From Sphaerodactylus townsendi (lineage: Eukaryota), in contig NC_059427.1 of NCBI RefSeq assembly GCF_021028975.2, positions 77,872,001 to 77,936,000 on the forward strand: a stretch of DNA of 64,000 nucleotides, in the 5' to 3' direction. Position 1 is the first letter of the stretch, and every line of letters begins with the position of its first letter. The position numbers were made by a program, and so were the translations under genes. Under the pieces are notes generated by a model. The model was not told where the DNA came from. It made no database searches and was given only the letters and a program-made list of their open reading frames with translations. Shown here one piece after another: positions 13,372 through 27,204 of this stretch.

Positions 13372-13824
13372 CAGCCCAATCCAGAAGCCAAAGCAGGCAG
13401 AGTTGGTGATGCTACTGCCACACCGCCCCATAAACCCCAGAGGGCTTTTCAGTGGCACAAGGAGGGAAAAAGACCAAAAAAACCCCTTGCCGTGGCCAGA
13501 AAGCCTTCCATAAGGCTCCATGGACCTACACCACCCAAAAGGGTGGCATAGGTTGGAGCCCAGGGCCATGGAGCATCTGGAGGGAAAGCCAAAGTAGAAA
13601 TCGACTAATGTTGGCCCTGCCCCCAGCCACACTTCTGGAACTATGCCACTGATATGGTGCTGATGTGGCAATACCAAGGCATCCCGGGAAACTGCAGTGA
13701 CCACCCACCAGCAGATTTGCCCCTCTGCTGGGATAAGCGCCCTGGGGAGGGCATTTTCACCTGCACAGGAATGTGCCACCTCCACAACTCCTTTCAGTCC
13801 CCCCCTTTATTCTGGATTGAGCTG
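13372..13824. mobile_element. MITE with terminal inverted repeats
   Basis: Ends cagcccaatccagaa / ttctggattgagctg are inverted repeats. Confidence 0.65.
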
Positions 13825-14039
13825 TTAAGCTCAGAAGCAATATTATTTTGTTGAAAGTAATGTCCTCCATCACTAAGGTTTATTTATCCATTAGCAACAG
13901 ATACCCCTGATTATGTGGATAGGAGCCTTGTGTCTTGCAAAGAGCTATCCATGCCCTGAAAAAATGAGTCAAACAAAAAAAAACCCAAATCCTGCTTCTT
14001 TTTTTTGGAAAGCATTCTAAAAAAGCACTCCATCCATAC

Positions 14040-14171
14040 CTTTTGATTCACTGCGGTTGTTAGCAGGGTGCCGGTGCTGCTCATTCTGTCTGTTGTTACG
14101 AGAAGCAGTTTTGTCTCTTGGCACCTCAGACTTCATATCTATTTGTAGTGGAACCCACTTATGCCTGTTGC
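14040..14171 (-). CDS. LARP1: LARP1 exon ~5 (132 nt): NRHKWVPLQIDMKSEVP...RSESK(G)
   Basis: Acceptor ttttttcag, donor gtatgg; conserved KWVPL motif. Confidence 0.95.
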
Positions 14172-14679
14172 CTGAAAAAAAGATGTGCTGGCCGTTACCA
14201 TGATTCACAAGAAAACACAAATATTAGGCCTATACAAAACTAATCCAGTGTTTTGGGTTTTCCCCCCTCATACCAGAGAAACAATACAACTTTCTTACCC
14301 AACAAAAGCATTTCCCAGTAAATGCCTTCCCTACAACTTGTCTGAAGGATCATCTGCTCCAGGAAGTAATGCTTCATGAAAACATCCACCAAGTCAAGGG
14401 TAGATAAGGCCAGGACTAGATGTCAAGGAGCCATTTCAAGAATTCCAAAGAAATGAGGAAGAAAAAGCACCTCTGCCTTACATCATCAGAAAGATGGAGA
14501 TCAGGACTGGTTTCTCCCCATCCCCATGAACGAGGCAAGGAAGTATTAGGAGAAAATATATGTCATCCATCCTTCCTCTCGGGGTTTCTAGAACACCTCA
14601 TGCAAATCAATATTGAGATGGGATCCAACTGTCTGTTTTGTAGAATTTGATAAAAAGAAAGAAAAAAAGCAGCCTTTGT

Positions 14680-16450
14680 GTTTGATAATACAGCCTGGTG
14701 GGTTTTTTTTAACTTAAGATGCTTGGAAGCCTAAACTGTGGTTCAAGATTCGTGATCTGAATACAAAACAATATGCCAAGATCTTACTAGACGGGAGTTT
14801 TAACCAATAGATTTAAAATTGGTAAAGGAACACATCAAGGATGTCCTTTATCTCCACTTTTATTTATTCTCAATACTTGCTTAATAAGATCAGACAACTT
14901 TTGAATTAAAGGACTGAAAACGGATGGAGAAAAGTTTACAATGAAAACTTACGCTGATGATTTGGTACTGACAATTTCAAACCCACAACTCTCAATTCAA
15001 TCTATAATGGAACCAACTGAAAATGTGGATCCCTTTCAGGATTTAAAATTAATAAAACAAAATATTTTTGAATTTTTTAACGAAGAAAAAGATAATAGCA
15101 ACATAGATTGTGATGTGACCTTAAATCCAGTTAAATACTTGTAAATAAACTTGACAAGAGAGAATGAAACAGTATTTAATTAAAATATAACTATAAAAGG
15201 ACTCAAGAGGATATGCAAAAATGGTCCAAACAAAAAACCCCATCGTTAGGAAGAAGTTCCACAGTAAATATATTGCCAATTGAAGATTATTGAAACATTT
15301 ATGGACAGAAAAATCAATGAGAAAAATTACAGCGCCGAACAGAAAAATTACAGCGCAGAAGTCACATAATAGGTAATTTGAAAATCTGAGAAGCTACACA
15401 AAGAAGAATTAGCTCTCCAGAATGTCCTTTAATGTAACCTACAAAGGTCTATTATGATAAGAATAGGCTGTAAAATACTGACTTCATAACATATGGATAT
15501 GACAAACATTCAAGGAGTAATTAAATTCTGGTAAAAAATAAAGGATGAAGGCAAGAAAATACAATGGCTATTACAGTAAGAACAAAAATTAAAACAATAA
15601 GTGGAGTAATAGGGGGACTAACAAAATTAGAAAAGGTAATTACACAGCAAAAATATAATTTATCACTTCAGTTTGATACAGAAACAGAACAAGTGAAAAT
15701 ATGTATGGTCAGATGGATGAAAAGCTTTCAAGAAGAAATATCCTTTCAACAATGGGAAACTTTATGGACAAGAGTTACAAAAGTCAGAGTCATTAAGAGA
15801 AAACTAGTTCAAGATGTGCTATCGATGGTACATCACTCCAAAGGCTATCAAGAAGATGGATAAGCATTATAAAGGAAATGTTGGAAATGCAAAGAAGTGG
15901 ATAGATCATTTCACCAGATGGGGTGGACGTGCAGGAAAGTTCAAATTTTTAGGAAAGTCTCACAGTAATTCAGAAAATTTTACAAATCAAATTTTGCAAC
16001 AGATGCAAAGACTGTGTTATTAGGCATATTGCCAAAATATACCAAAAATTTCTGAACTTTTTCAGTGATAACTGTGACCAGAATAGTACCTGCCACAGAA
16101 TGGAATACAGATGAATGCCCAAGCCAAGAGAACTGGGAAAATAAACACATGGAATATGCAACAACGGCAAAATTAATGAATATTTTGAACAAGAGGTCAT
16201 TCAGAGAATTCCAAAGAATAATAATGGTGAAAAGTGAAAGACATTATTGAAATGATGTATATACATTTCCATTAATCTGATGATATGTGTCAGACTGAAA
16301 AGGAGTGAGAAGGGAAATAGACAAGAGTAATCTGTTATGAAAAACGAGAATGATATTTCAGTATAATCTTTTTTTGTAAAAAAAAATCTTAGAAAGTTAT
16401 AATGGATTTTTAATATATCTTGTATTATCAGAATTAAATCTGGTTATTTT
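14680..16450 (+). mobile_element. L1/Tx1-type LINE relic (ORF2 RT to 3-prime end)
   Basis: GTHQGCPLSPLLFIL at ~14827-14871, KTYADDLVLTISNP, C-terminal YRWYITP; A-rich; many stops and frameshifts. Confidence 0.85.
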
Positions 16451-16488
16451 GGTAACTGTTTTTTGTTATACAATACATATAACATGGC

Positions 16489-17245
16489 TGTCATGAGCCA
16501 GGCTCTAGGCCAGTGGTGGCGAACCTTTGGCACTCCAGATGTTATGGACTACAATTCCCATCAGCCCCTGCCAGCATGGTCAATTGGCCATGCTGGCAGG
16601 GGAGGCTGTCGAGAATGTGTAATCCATAACATCTGGAGTGGGGTACTCTCCACAATCTTACTCAGAGCACTTCAATCTGGGCACTAAGGACTCTGATGTA
16701 GAGCCTGAAGACAGTGTGTATTCAAAATTCGCTTCTCATGAGGAAATGCAGGCAGCAGAGCCAGTTCCAAGTTTTTCCTTGCAAGCCAAAGCAGAGCCTG
16801 ATGCCATACAGCTGGGAGAGCCATCAGGCATCTCCAAAGAGCTGAGTATCAAGCCAGCTGCTCAAAGGAGGCAAAGGTGGAGGCTACAGCTGCAGAGTCA
16901 AAGGAGAAGTGCTTGCATTGCTGCAAGGTATGGCAGAAGGCTCTGCCTGAATGGAGACATCTGCACCTGAAGAGGATTGAGATCTTGCAGGATCCCAGCC
17001 TTGTTAGCCAGGACTTCTTATATAAACCCTGCCTTGGCTCTGCCTTGGGGAAACAAGCTTACTTCTTGGTCTCCCTCTGACCTCCAGCTCTTAGCCTGCC
17101 TGATCTGTCTGTGTCTTGACTTTGGACTGTCTTGAACATGCCTTTGTCTGCTGCCTGCCCTGATCCCAGACTGGCTGACTATGCCTCACATGCTACCCGT
17201 CTTGACACTGACTAGTCTGACTATACTCTAGCTTCTGCCTGCCTG
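16489..17245 (+). mobile_element. LTR-like element (3-prime end not defined) with an inserted MITE
   Basis: Starts tgtcatgag, TATA-like tatataaa at ~17019, followed by repeated gactg/cctg motifs typical of Gypsy LTRs. Confidence 0.5.
16511..16640. mobile_element. Palindromic hAT-like MITE (actacaattcccatcagcc family); related partial copies at 36961-37020 and 45547-45640
   Basis: cactccagatgttatgga...tccataacatctggagtg inverted arms around ccagcatggtcaattggccatgctgg. Confidence 0.75.
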
Positions 17246-17372
17246 CAGAAAAAAAGGGAGTTGTCTCTTATAGTGCAATCCTAACCAGAGTCTAAGCTCA
17301 TTGATTTCAAATCTGTAACCCAGTAACTCTGATTAGGATTGCACTGTTAGTCTTTTGAACGAACTGTAACTA

Positions 17373-17611
17373 TGTCAGGCCTGATTTCTGCTTTCCCTGG
17401 TGCTGGCCTCTGAAGGCCACATTCTCAAAACTAATTCTTGCTTGCTGCCTGGATGGAAGGGGGAAGGGGAAAGAATGCATATATGATTAACAGCTATGCC
17501 AAAACTGGCAGAGCTGTCTTGAAACTGTTCCTGACCTGACTTATGCCTGCAATAAAGAAACCTTTGTGATCCTACAAGTGTCTTCATTGTCTGGTCAAGG
17601 GGGTCTTGACA
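17373..17611 (+). mobile_element. Solo LTR (239 bp) with 5-bp TSD AACTA
   Basis: TGTCA...TGACA ends, AACTA at 17368-17372 and 17612-17616, internal AATAAA at 17551. Confidence 0.85.
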
Positions 17612-17721
17612 AACTATGATGCAATCTTGGATTCTTTATTATGTTTTGTTAATTTCTATTTATAGTTTTTAAAAAATGAAAAATAAAAAAGCCACTGCAG
17701 CGGTATGATGAAACAGTCAGT

Positions 17722-17925
17722 ATTGGTTTTGTACAGTGGAAAGAGTGTCACACTAGGCCCAGACAGGCCAAAGTTCAAATCTACTCAGCCATGAAGCTCA
17801 ATGGGTGACCTTGGGCTACTTGCTCTCTTCTCAAGATTCCCAGCAACAGAGATTGGTTATGCGAATAAAATGAGGAGAGATCCATTTAAACGGCCATTAG
17901 CTTTGGAGGAAGGGTGAATTAAATG
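17722..17925 (+). mobile_element. MIR/Squam-like SINE, degenerate
   Basis: gttcaaatc B box, cagccatgaagctc...gggtgaccttgggc core. Confidence 0.65.
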
Positions 17926-17981
17926 TGACAGATAATCTTGCAGGACTGCAAGAGAAACAGAAATGCTGATCCTTGCAGGCT

Positions 17982-18900
17982 TGAGGTGGAACAGGCCTAG
18001 TTTCACTTGCAGGCCCTATTCCACCCAGCCCACTATCAGGGTTCCCAACTTCTTCTGGAAGGGGCTTTCTTTTTCTCTAGGGCAACTGCTGCCACCACCT
18101 GATTTTGTAGGAATTACTCACTGGGGAAAGTCAGGGACCCACAGCTTCCTTTCCAACTCTGAGGCCTAGCCTCTGTGTCTCCCATTTCCCCTCTCCTGGG
18201 TACCACAGGGATGGTTCACAGTCTTGTGCACTCCTGGAGGAATAGCTGCTCGCCAACTACCAGCATTTCCCCAGTGTCCTCCATTAAAAATAGCATGTCC
18301 AAGATAGTGGAGGCCTATGACGTACAGAGAACTGCTACCAGAGTCCAACATTAAAAAGTAGTTATTGAAAAGAAAATGTTTACAAGCATAATTTCAGCAC
18401 AGCACCAGATTGAGCAAGGAAGTGAAAAGAAATTATGGATAAACACAATTCCTCTGTCCCTTTCTCTATGTACATACCCTATCAGTTATTAAAACAGGGC
18501 AGGCTCTTAAGTTTAGGATATTTCAGTTGCTGAGAGATCCTCCATTACCTGGAAGAAATCCTTCAGCAATCTGGGTCAAAATGGCTGCTAACGCCAGAAC
18601 TCAGGCACGAGCTCTGCCTCATGCACTGCCTTTTCCCTCAGAACACCTAAAGTTCTGCCTCCTCCTCCTTTCCGTTTTATCCATATTATCCAGTTGGCCA
18701 TTAAGATTCTACTCACAAGCCCACTTTCTTTGAGACTCTGCCTGCACAGGCAAGGTAATGGGGACCACAGACAGGCGGGCTGGGAGGGGACTGGACATCA
18801 CCTATCGAATACCCTCTCAGAACCTACTATATGGTTTTGGATGCCAGGGCAAAATGTTTCTTTTTCCTTAGGCCTTTAACTGTTTTTATATTTACCATCT
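17982..18900. mobile_element. Solo LTR related to 53598-54432
   Basis: Aligns by eye with 53598 onward (e.g. gctgccaccacctgat, cactggggaa, cagcttcctttccaact, tttcagcacagcaccagat); ends degenerate. Confidence 0.65.
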
Positions 18901-19156
18901 AGTCTGCGAACTGTCATCAGGATCACTTTATGTTCTGGGATATTATGTCGTTTTATGCTCTGGGGTTTTAATGGTTTATTTATTTTAATGTTCTTTTAAT
19001 GATTTTATGTTGCTTTACTTTGAGAGTTGCCTAAAGCAGGTCTGTGAAGAGGCAGTACATATATATATTTAAAAATAAAATAAAGAACAAGGAATTGTCA
19101 AAGCACACTGCAAATCTTTAACACTCCCAAGTTTTTTCCCCCAAAGCATATCTTAC

Positions 19157-19331
19157 CCTTCTTTTTCTGTGCTGATTTCTGGTTGTCGTCGTCTCCATTC
19201 TTTTCTTCGCCAGATTCATCTGACCTAGTTTTCATGTTCTCTTTGCCATCACTTCCTTCCCCTTTCTCCTGTTCCTTCATGTTCTTCCTAACAGGCAGCT
19301 TTCGAAGGGATTGGGGCTTATGTGCCAACTG
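19157..19331 (-). CDS. LARP1: LARP1 exon ~4 (175 nt): QLAHKPQSLRK...SAQKKK(G)
   Basis: Acceptor tttctag (tandem TAGCAG), donor gtaaga; overlaps ORF 19098..19328. Confidence 0.93.
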
Positions 19332-22300
19332 CTAGAAATGCAACGTCAGAAATAGAGGATCACAATGGTGGCTCAGCAGAACAGGATCATGACTGGCTAA
19401 GCAAAGGCATATAATCATAAATAGGCAAAGCTCACCCCCACTATTGCTCCCAATCACAGTGATACACCTACCCAAGATGAAATTGATACACTGAACTTGG
19501 AGTGCCAAGAATTATCTGTTGCCTTCAGGACAGATCCAGTTCATGAGCAACAGCAGATTGATACAGCAAGGCTTGAAGTCTAAGAGGTGATTACACAATT
19601 ATACATCCGCATCATGTTTCCAAGCAGAAAGGATAGCAGCAGAGCCTCAGCATTACAGAAAAGAGGTCTCTGCAATGATTACCATCTCATTCAAGCACCT
19701 GACAAAGCCATGCTTGGTGAATGAAGACAGGACAAGAACCAATTCCACAAGACGGGCTGGCTGCCTAGTGACCACTGCAAAGCTGGGAAGCTATTGCTAA
19801 AAGGGAAGGGGAAATCCAAAAATAGAAGTGCTTTAAGCATGTCTGTCCCTCTTTTGATACCAACAGCACCCACAATAAAGTCTAATTGAGATAATAAGCC
19901 AAGTGCAACACACTGTCTCACAAAGCTGCACTTTTCAATGATCACACCACTTCTTTTATCCCCCTTGTGAGAGTAATCCCAGCCTCACCCAAATGCTTGG
20001 CAAATTTACCTTGCATGATGTGGTTCACAGTGGCCAGGTTTTAAAATGGGCTCCAGGCTGCTGTCCCAGAATAGCACCGCTGAGCTAGGGAGCATGGTGG
20101 GCAGGGAAACCCTAAAAGGAAATCCTCTGCCTGGGACCTGTAATGAGCTATTCCTGGCTTTCTCCTAAGCAGAAAAACAGTACCCCCAAAAAGTGTTGTT
20201 CAGGCTGAATTCTCAGCACTTTGGTAGCAGAGAAACTGCAGGCTCTCAATCAAAGCATGAATCCAGTGGCTCCCACATGGTTTAGTAAGCTTGTTAGAAC
20301 ACACCAGTAGGACTTCATATATAAACCTAAATGACATGTGCATAACCTTCATTTCTGTCTTTCTGATGTAATAGCAGAACTCTGCAGAGAGCTACCAGCA
20401 AGAATGTAAGTTCACTAACAATTTATACAAAAGTGGTTTGTGGAATAATACAATGAATTTTCCTCATCTTAGTTCAGTATGTAATAAATTACTTGAAGAT
20501 CAAATTAAAGCTCTGTTTTGGGGTGCAAGTGCCCAACAAAAAATTAAGTGTCCAACAGGAGGAGTTCATGTGACAAATAGATCTCAGTGAATCCTAACTA
20601 TATAAAGAACAAGGCTCAATGAGTACAAATGTGCCAGAACAGCAAGGACCTCTAGTGGTGGTTTCTCTTTATAACATATAAGGAAATTGCCAATTTGTAC
20701 TCAAGTGTAAAATATAGGGAGAGGGTCTTGGCAGCTAGGACTAGCAACCTATTTTTCCCAGGCCTCATTGCTGATGCCTTCAAAACTTCCCAATCAATGG
20801 TGTAAGAAAAGAACAGAGGAAGAAAAGAGCAGAAAACTTGCCTACATAAAAAGGAAAAAAGGTCCAAAGTACACCAGTAAGTTCAAAATGAGTTAGAACA
20901 CAGGTGCACAACATGACACACACAAACACTCAATGTTTCTGGTGACTGAGCAGATATTACTGGGTTCCATGGTCCGGCTCGACCCAAGTCAAAGCAGGGG
21001 CCACTTCAGTAATATCAGGGTACCCCGCTGAAGCAACAAATCTCAGGCAAGCTCCCACGAGACACAGGGCCTGGAATGACTGGCAAGGCAACTCCCTTGG
21101 ATGTCATGTCCCACAACAGCTCTAATAGTGCATATGCGGCTTGGTGTGTTCTATTTAAAAAGGGCCTAGACATGGCCTCTGGGAATACTTCCAAGCAAGA
21201 AATCTTTGCTCCTCTTCCAGGTGCAGGGTTGACCGAGTTAAGACCCTAGATTTGGCCAGGAGAAAGGCACTATTTTAAATCAATAGACACCCATCTGTGG
21301 CTCCTTATAGGAGGCTTGGAGACAACTTGGTCCATTCATCTTTCCAACTTTGAATTCTAATGTACATCCTCATTATGTACTAAATCCTAACAGTAACTCG
21401 TTTTGTGCTATCATGACAAAATGTCAGTGTTCAAGTGAAGCCAAATAATCACAATTCCAAACTCTGAGATTTCTAGGGTGGGGTGGCATAGTAAGGACAA
21501 AATGTACAGAAAATGGTAGTTCACTATGTGGATGCAGCCACTGAAAGTTATCAGTAAAAAAACAAATAATCAGTCATAATTTCTGGTTTTAAAAAAATAT
21601 TATTCAGTGCTCATCTACTAAGTAGTCCTTAACAACATCAACGACTTTCACCTTATTTAGATGGGCAGCATTTTACACATAAGCAGTTTTGCAAGGGGAA
21701 AAAAACTAATGCAAACCTGTTAGCCAGACACGAGACTTGTTCAGTGGAAACCAAAACCTGGGGGAGGTCACACCTGAACACTGCATTTGAATACGCCACA
21801 TTCAACCGTTCAACATGCCCAACATAAAATTTGTAGCACCCCTAATAATTAGGCAGAACCTAATTATGCATATTTTCACACTGCATGCTTTTAAAGTTCC
21901 CATCAAGATTGATTCTGGCTCATGTAGCTGTTCAAAATGAATATCTGAGTTAGATCAAAAGCTGGGATCAGGACAAGGACACAGAAGAGGTTGAAGATGC
22001 CCTTTAATGTCCTTCAAGTTACACAATGCTGGAGGACCAGCAATGGCTTCTTTCCCTCCTATGCTTGACAGAAGCGAGAACCAGTCAACACTTAGTAATG
22101 GAGAATCTCAGTATTAAAAATGTTATTCTTTAATCTACATTATAACTGACCTACCATATTTCATAAAGATTCCAATAAATAGTTGACAGAATCTCCACAA
22201 TCTACATAGACACCAGTTTTAAATCCGAATTTTCCTTTAACCCTTTTCGTCATTTAAAATTAAGAAATAATCTAGGTCAGATCCCAATGCCTAGATTTTA

Positions 22301-24884
22301 GGTGGAAAAAACTCTCTTCTGCTGGTTCAAATAACATGCATATACTCCACAAAGTGAGTGGTCAAGACATTCATCCTTGCTCACAACTATGGCAGGATAA
22401 GAAGTAAAGCCATCTAGGAGTATAAAAACCACTGGACTGTGTAAGAGAAAGCTTTTATTATTGTGAAGACCGTTTCTGACATAGTGCCACCCTTGCAGCT
22501 TCCGGTCGGTGCCGGTGCTGGACTCGTGTCGCCTGTTAACCTTAAGGCAACAATTTGAAAGAAGGGCAAGTAACTTCATCGGCCGTCCCAGGCACACTGG
22601 ACACCCATTAGCCCACTCTTTGCAAAGAGAACAAGAATCTGGCGGCACTTTCGAAACTAAGATGTTTTATCACCACATGACGGGTGGGGGGGGGGGGCAT
22701 TACAGTCCCCTTTGTGGGGAGCGGGTCCTCAAAATGCTTTAAAGTATTTGCAGCGGGAGAAAAAACCCGCGTGGCAGCTAGAGAAAGGGTTATCGTCAGT
22801 TACCGGTACAGAACATGTGTAATACACAGCAAGCAAAGTTTGCTGAAGTTCCGCTGCTTCGCATCAGGAGCTGAGTGCAAATTGCCTGTTAAGAGTGAGA
22901 CTCGCGATATTTAGGATGCATCGCACAGGTTTGAGGACGAAATTTGAACGATCTGATCTATTAGGGCAGCTGACCGGGCGAGCAGCGCTGCGAGGGACAT
23001 GTGAGTGGCCGTTTAGGGTCATTTGTGTTGCCTTTTAACTTTTTCCTCTTTTGCCTGTCCTCCATTTTTGAAGCTCCCAGAGAATTCAACGAAGGCTGCA
23101 ATCCTAAGAACATGTTCGTGTCTGGCACAAGAAGCAAGCACCGTTTACCATCTTGCCATCTATTTATATTTATATTGTATTTTTGTATTGTATTTATTAA
23201 TTTTAACTGGTTTTATGTTGCAATTGGGTTTATGTTGTTGAATTTTATATGTAGTGCACCACCCAGAGCCTTCAGGGGTGGGCGGTATAAGAAATCCAAT
23301 AAATAAATAAACAAACTTCAATGACAATGTTTCCAAGGAAGTGATGAACACAAATACCTAATGTGTGTTTTGTGTTTCTGCTGAAGAAAATAAGCTTTGA
23401 GGACAGAAAATGAGGATCTGGAAAAGGCACCTAAGGAGCTGACTCAAGTACCAATTTTCTAATTGGAAGCAACTGGCACCTGAAAGCATAATTAAACTAC
23501 TCCAAATGAACACTGTCTGTTTTGTTTAGAACTGCACACAAGCCAACTATATGGCTAAGTAAAACTGAAGGGGGAAATGATCAGGATAAGCATTAATTCT
23601 ATTCGAAGAAGAGGGACAAAATGCTCCCAAGAGCAGGGATAGAAAAGGCAGCAGATCAGAATAATGGCTAGGTTAGTGACAAAATGTCCATATTATGTCC
23701 ATATTGTACTGCTATCTGATTTTATAAAACTCTGTAAACAAATGGTGTGTATATTAGTTCCTCTAACAAAGCAATACCATACCGTTGGTACACAATTTTC
23801 ACCAAAATCTGATAACCTTAACATCCTGTATTTTAAAAGGAGGCAATTATGTTTTAAAAGGCAAAAATCCATAAAAAGCTGTTCTCTGAAGCAGCAAAGT
23901 GACAGAAACAAGAGTCTCTGGAAAAAATACAGTGCTTTGGATTCAGTAATGTGCAATCAGAAACATAAAATGGATTTAGCAAATTTTTGCTTGTACAAGT
24001 TCTTCTGCAACATGAAGTCCTTTCTACCCTATATATTATATTGCCAAGAAGTTGATTGCATAAGAAGATCTTGTGCAAGCAGAAACAAGAATCAAGACAC
24101 AATTATTCTGATTTAGTTCAAGCGGCTACCACAGTCTTTTTCTTGATTTCTGCCTGTGCTAAAGTTCTAGTATGAGTTGAAATTTTCTCTGGATCCAACT
24201 CATTAAGTCTCCTGAAGAACTACATTGGTGTCCCCATTTTAACATCACTCTCTTCTCTTGGGAGTCAAAAACGGAGAAGGCAGATAGGAGTTCTTTCTCT
24301 CACATAATTCCCCTTCTAGCCTTCCATGTCCCCACAATCACAATAGTGCTGAAGGCAAAAGGAATGGAATGCCTATCCCAGAACACAAATTTTCTGGAAC
24401 CGACAGTGGAATCCTGAGCACAGTTACACCCTTCCAAGCTCATTAGCATTGAAGGACTTTAAAGGGTGTTAACTCTGCTTAAGAATGCTTCACCAGACTC
24501 AAGTGTAACTAGCAGTGGAATGAACAGAAGCAAGGCTATGAAGTATTTATCCTGGGGCACTGCTAAAGACAGAATTGGTCAAGTTATTCCCCATTAATAC
24601 AGTCTCCCCTACAGAAACATGATGAAAAACTTGCATCTGTGTAGAGCACAAAAATAATGGTGTTTACAGTGTGCCTACGGCTTCATAAAATTACACGCTG
24701 CAAACACAAAATTGACAGTAGTGTGGTAAGCCAATTCACTAAATAGGAGAGCAAACTTATGTACCTCCTAGGCCCAGGCAACTGCTTGATTTTAATGAAA
24801 CATTCTGCTTTCACGAGTCTCATTTGTGCACACCCATGCCATAAAACAGATGCTTCTTCCTTCTCAAGTGAGAACATTTCTTAC

Positions 24885-24950
24885 CTGTACACTCTTGTGA
24901 GCTATTTCTCCTGGTGTTGGCCAGTTTGTGGCATCCCCAAAGTCACCAAC
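24885..24950 (-). CDS. LARP1: LARP1 exon ~3 (66 nt): VGDFGDATNWPTPGEIAHKSVQ
   Basis: Acceptor tactag, donor gtaaga; conserved LARP1 NWPTP motif. Confidence 0.96.
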
Positions 24951-25930
24951 CTAGTAATATAAGCAGAGACATCTATATAAACAGAAAGTACAATATAGTA
25001 CCAGCAACTTCCTGGTTGCAAAATTAACACAATATTTTGCTATTATGAGAACTTCTAGATTTTTGTATGGAGGCTAAACTAAGCTCTAATAACTCCTGTA
25101 CCTCAGCGACCATCCACATTGTTTCAGATGTGAAATGTCATTAGAGCTACCAATGGGCACAGCTCGTTTCTAAGATGCTCTTCAAACTCCATTAACTGTT
25201 TGACTCGGTGGCACTAAGTGCTAGGCAGGTTAATTTTTGATTGTGCTAATTGCGTTATTGCCTTTTAAGTTCTTACAATAGCTGTCAGCACAGGTAGGGA
25301 AGCAACCATATTTTATCTGCTTTCTTTGGCTCTGCTTAAGACATGCCTATTGCTCAAAGTGTCTTCTATCATTCAGACTATACTGACTTACTCACAATGT
25401 TTCGCACTGTAAATTTCAGTACAAGATTTTGCCAATACCCTTATAGATTTCTACTTTTCTCTATGGGGAAAAGGTATAAATATTTTAACAAATACTGATA
25501 AATTCTGTTATTTAAAGTGAAACAAAATGAGAACCTTAATGACGTTTGTTAAAAAAAACACCCTGGAATTAAAAAAGTTTTCTAAAGACAGTGCCACCTA
25601 GTGAACAAAATTAGACATTAGCTGTGCAGCTTCAACCTTATGTTTTAAACTATAATGTAGAAACCCAGAAGTCTGAAGTTTAAATGGCACAGCAGGAACC
25701 CCCAATACATACTTGGGGGGGGGGGGGGGGGGACATGTGCCAGTGCTAACTGGCTTAGCTTGTGATTGAGATATTTTGTATCTTCATAAGGGCACCGCAT
25801 TGAATCCCACAATGAATCAATAGAAGGCACTGAGTGCTGAACATCTTACCAGCCTTCCCTAAACACCCAACAGTCTTTTCCAGCCCTGGAGAAGATGATT
25901 CCTGCAAGTTTTCCATGGATTAACAGCCAT

Positions 25931-26102
25931 CTGTGACGAAGCTGCAACAGGGCAGGGGGGGGGCACCGCGTCCCAGGTGCGCACCACTGGCGTCATGCGG
26001 GGGTGGAAAATCACTACCCAGACCCCCCCTGTGGAGGGCGTGGACAGATCAGGGGAGGGCAGGTTGTGCCCCCAGGGGCAGTTCCCTCTCCCTCCATCCC
26101 TG
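25931..26102. mobile_element. hAT-type MITE with 8-bp TSD ACAGCCAT
   Basis: ACAGCCAT at 25923-25930 and 26103-26110; degenerate CAGTGGCG/CAGGG-type ends. Confidence 0.8.
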
Positions 26103-27204
26103 ACAGCCATAATCCTATAGAAGAGGCAGAAGGGAGGGATTCTGCCCGCTTCCTGCTGTAGCCTTCTGCTCCACACAGTGATTACTCTACAGAAGTCCTG
26201 CCTTGAATGCTTAGAGTGTTTTGTTTGTTTTTGTAGCTCAAGTAATACTTGTACACTTCATGAACAGTGGCTGAAAATCTTCTGTGGGAAATTGTTATGA
26301 GATGTTATTTTTCTGTGGACTATTTTCTGTTTCTGAAGACATAATTTCCTACAATTCACAGATACAACAATGAATAAATGCCTCTATTATTAGCTAATTT
26401 ATTACTTATCTTAATCAAGCTTGGCAGTTTCAAAACTGCAACTGATGTTTTTCAGATTATTATGCCCACGAATTCTGAGAGAATGTATGTTTTTTATGTA
26501 CATTTATGTTTTTAATGATTTATAAAATAGGAAGAGGGTGAATAAGACATATATGGAAGAATCCAATTTTTTAAAATTAAGTTATGAATTCACTTGACTG
26601 TGCAGATCAAATCTAAATTAACATTGAAATTCTTATTTATTTGTCTTCCCTTGCCTAGTAAAATGGATATGGTAATAATTAATCTCATACAGAGCTAACA
26701 AGTAATGGAAGTTATGAGATCCAGAGTCTACTGGAGCATGAGAGTCAAATTCTGTTGAAAGACATTTGCAGATAGGACAACCACACCTGCAGCATATCAT
26801 GAACAATTGCTCTTTGAGTGGTGTGCTGAAATTAGGAGGCCAGTTCGCAGCACAGTCATGTTTCTTCATGAGTTTAACAATGTTTGGGAAATATCTGTCA
26901 TTTTTAAAAAAATTACAACTATTATTTCAAGCATTGAATATGTTATAACATTAAAACCACAATCAAATGTTAGTTGTTAGTGGGGAATAAAATGGTGGCT
27001 GTTACAAAACAAGCAGGCTAGCAGAATGACCTGTGAATAGCTTCCCCTTGTCTCTCTGGATCTCGCTTCTCCTAAGTGTGTGAGCCCCAGCTTCCTGCTG
27101 GTAAGTAAGTATGATGTAAATATTATTGGGGAAACCTGAAACATAGCAGTGCCTAAAATCTCTCATTTAACTAAGAAAGACATTAATAAAGTCAGAGTAC
27201 ATAC

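Noticed and set aside
23664-24116. 150-aa plus-strand ORF
   Set aside because: AT-rich intron sequence with no recognisable domain; probably a chance ORF.
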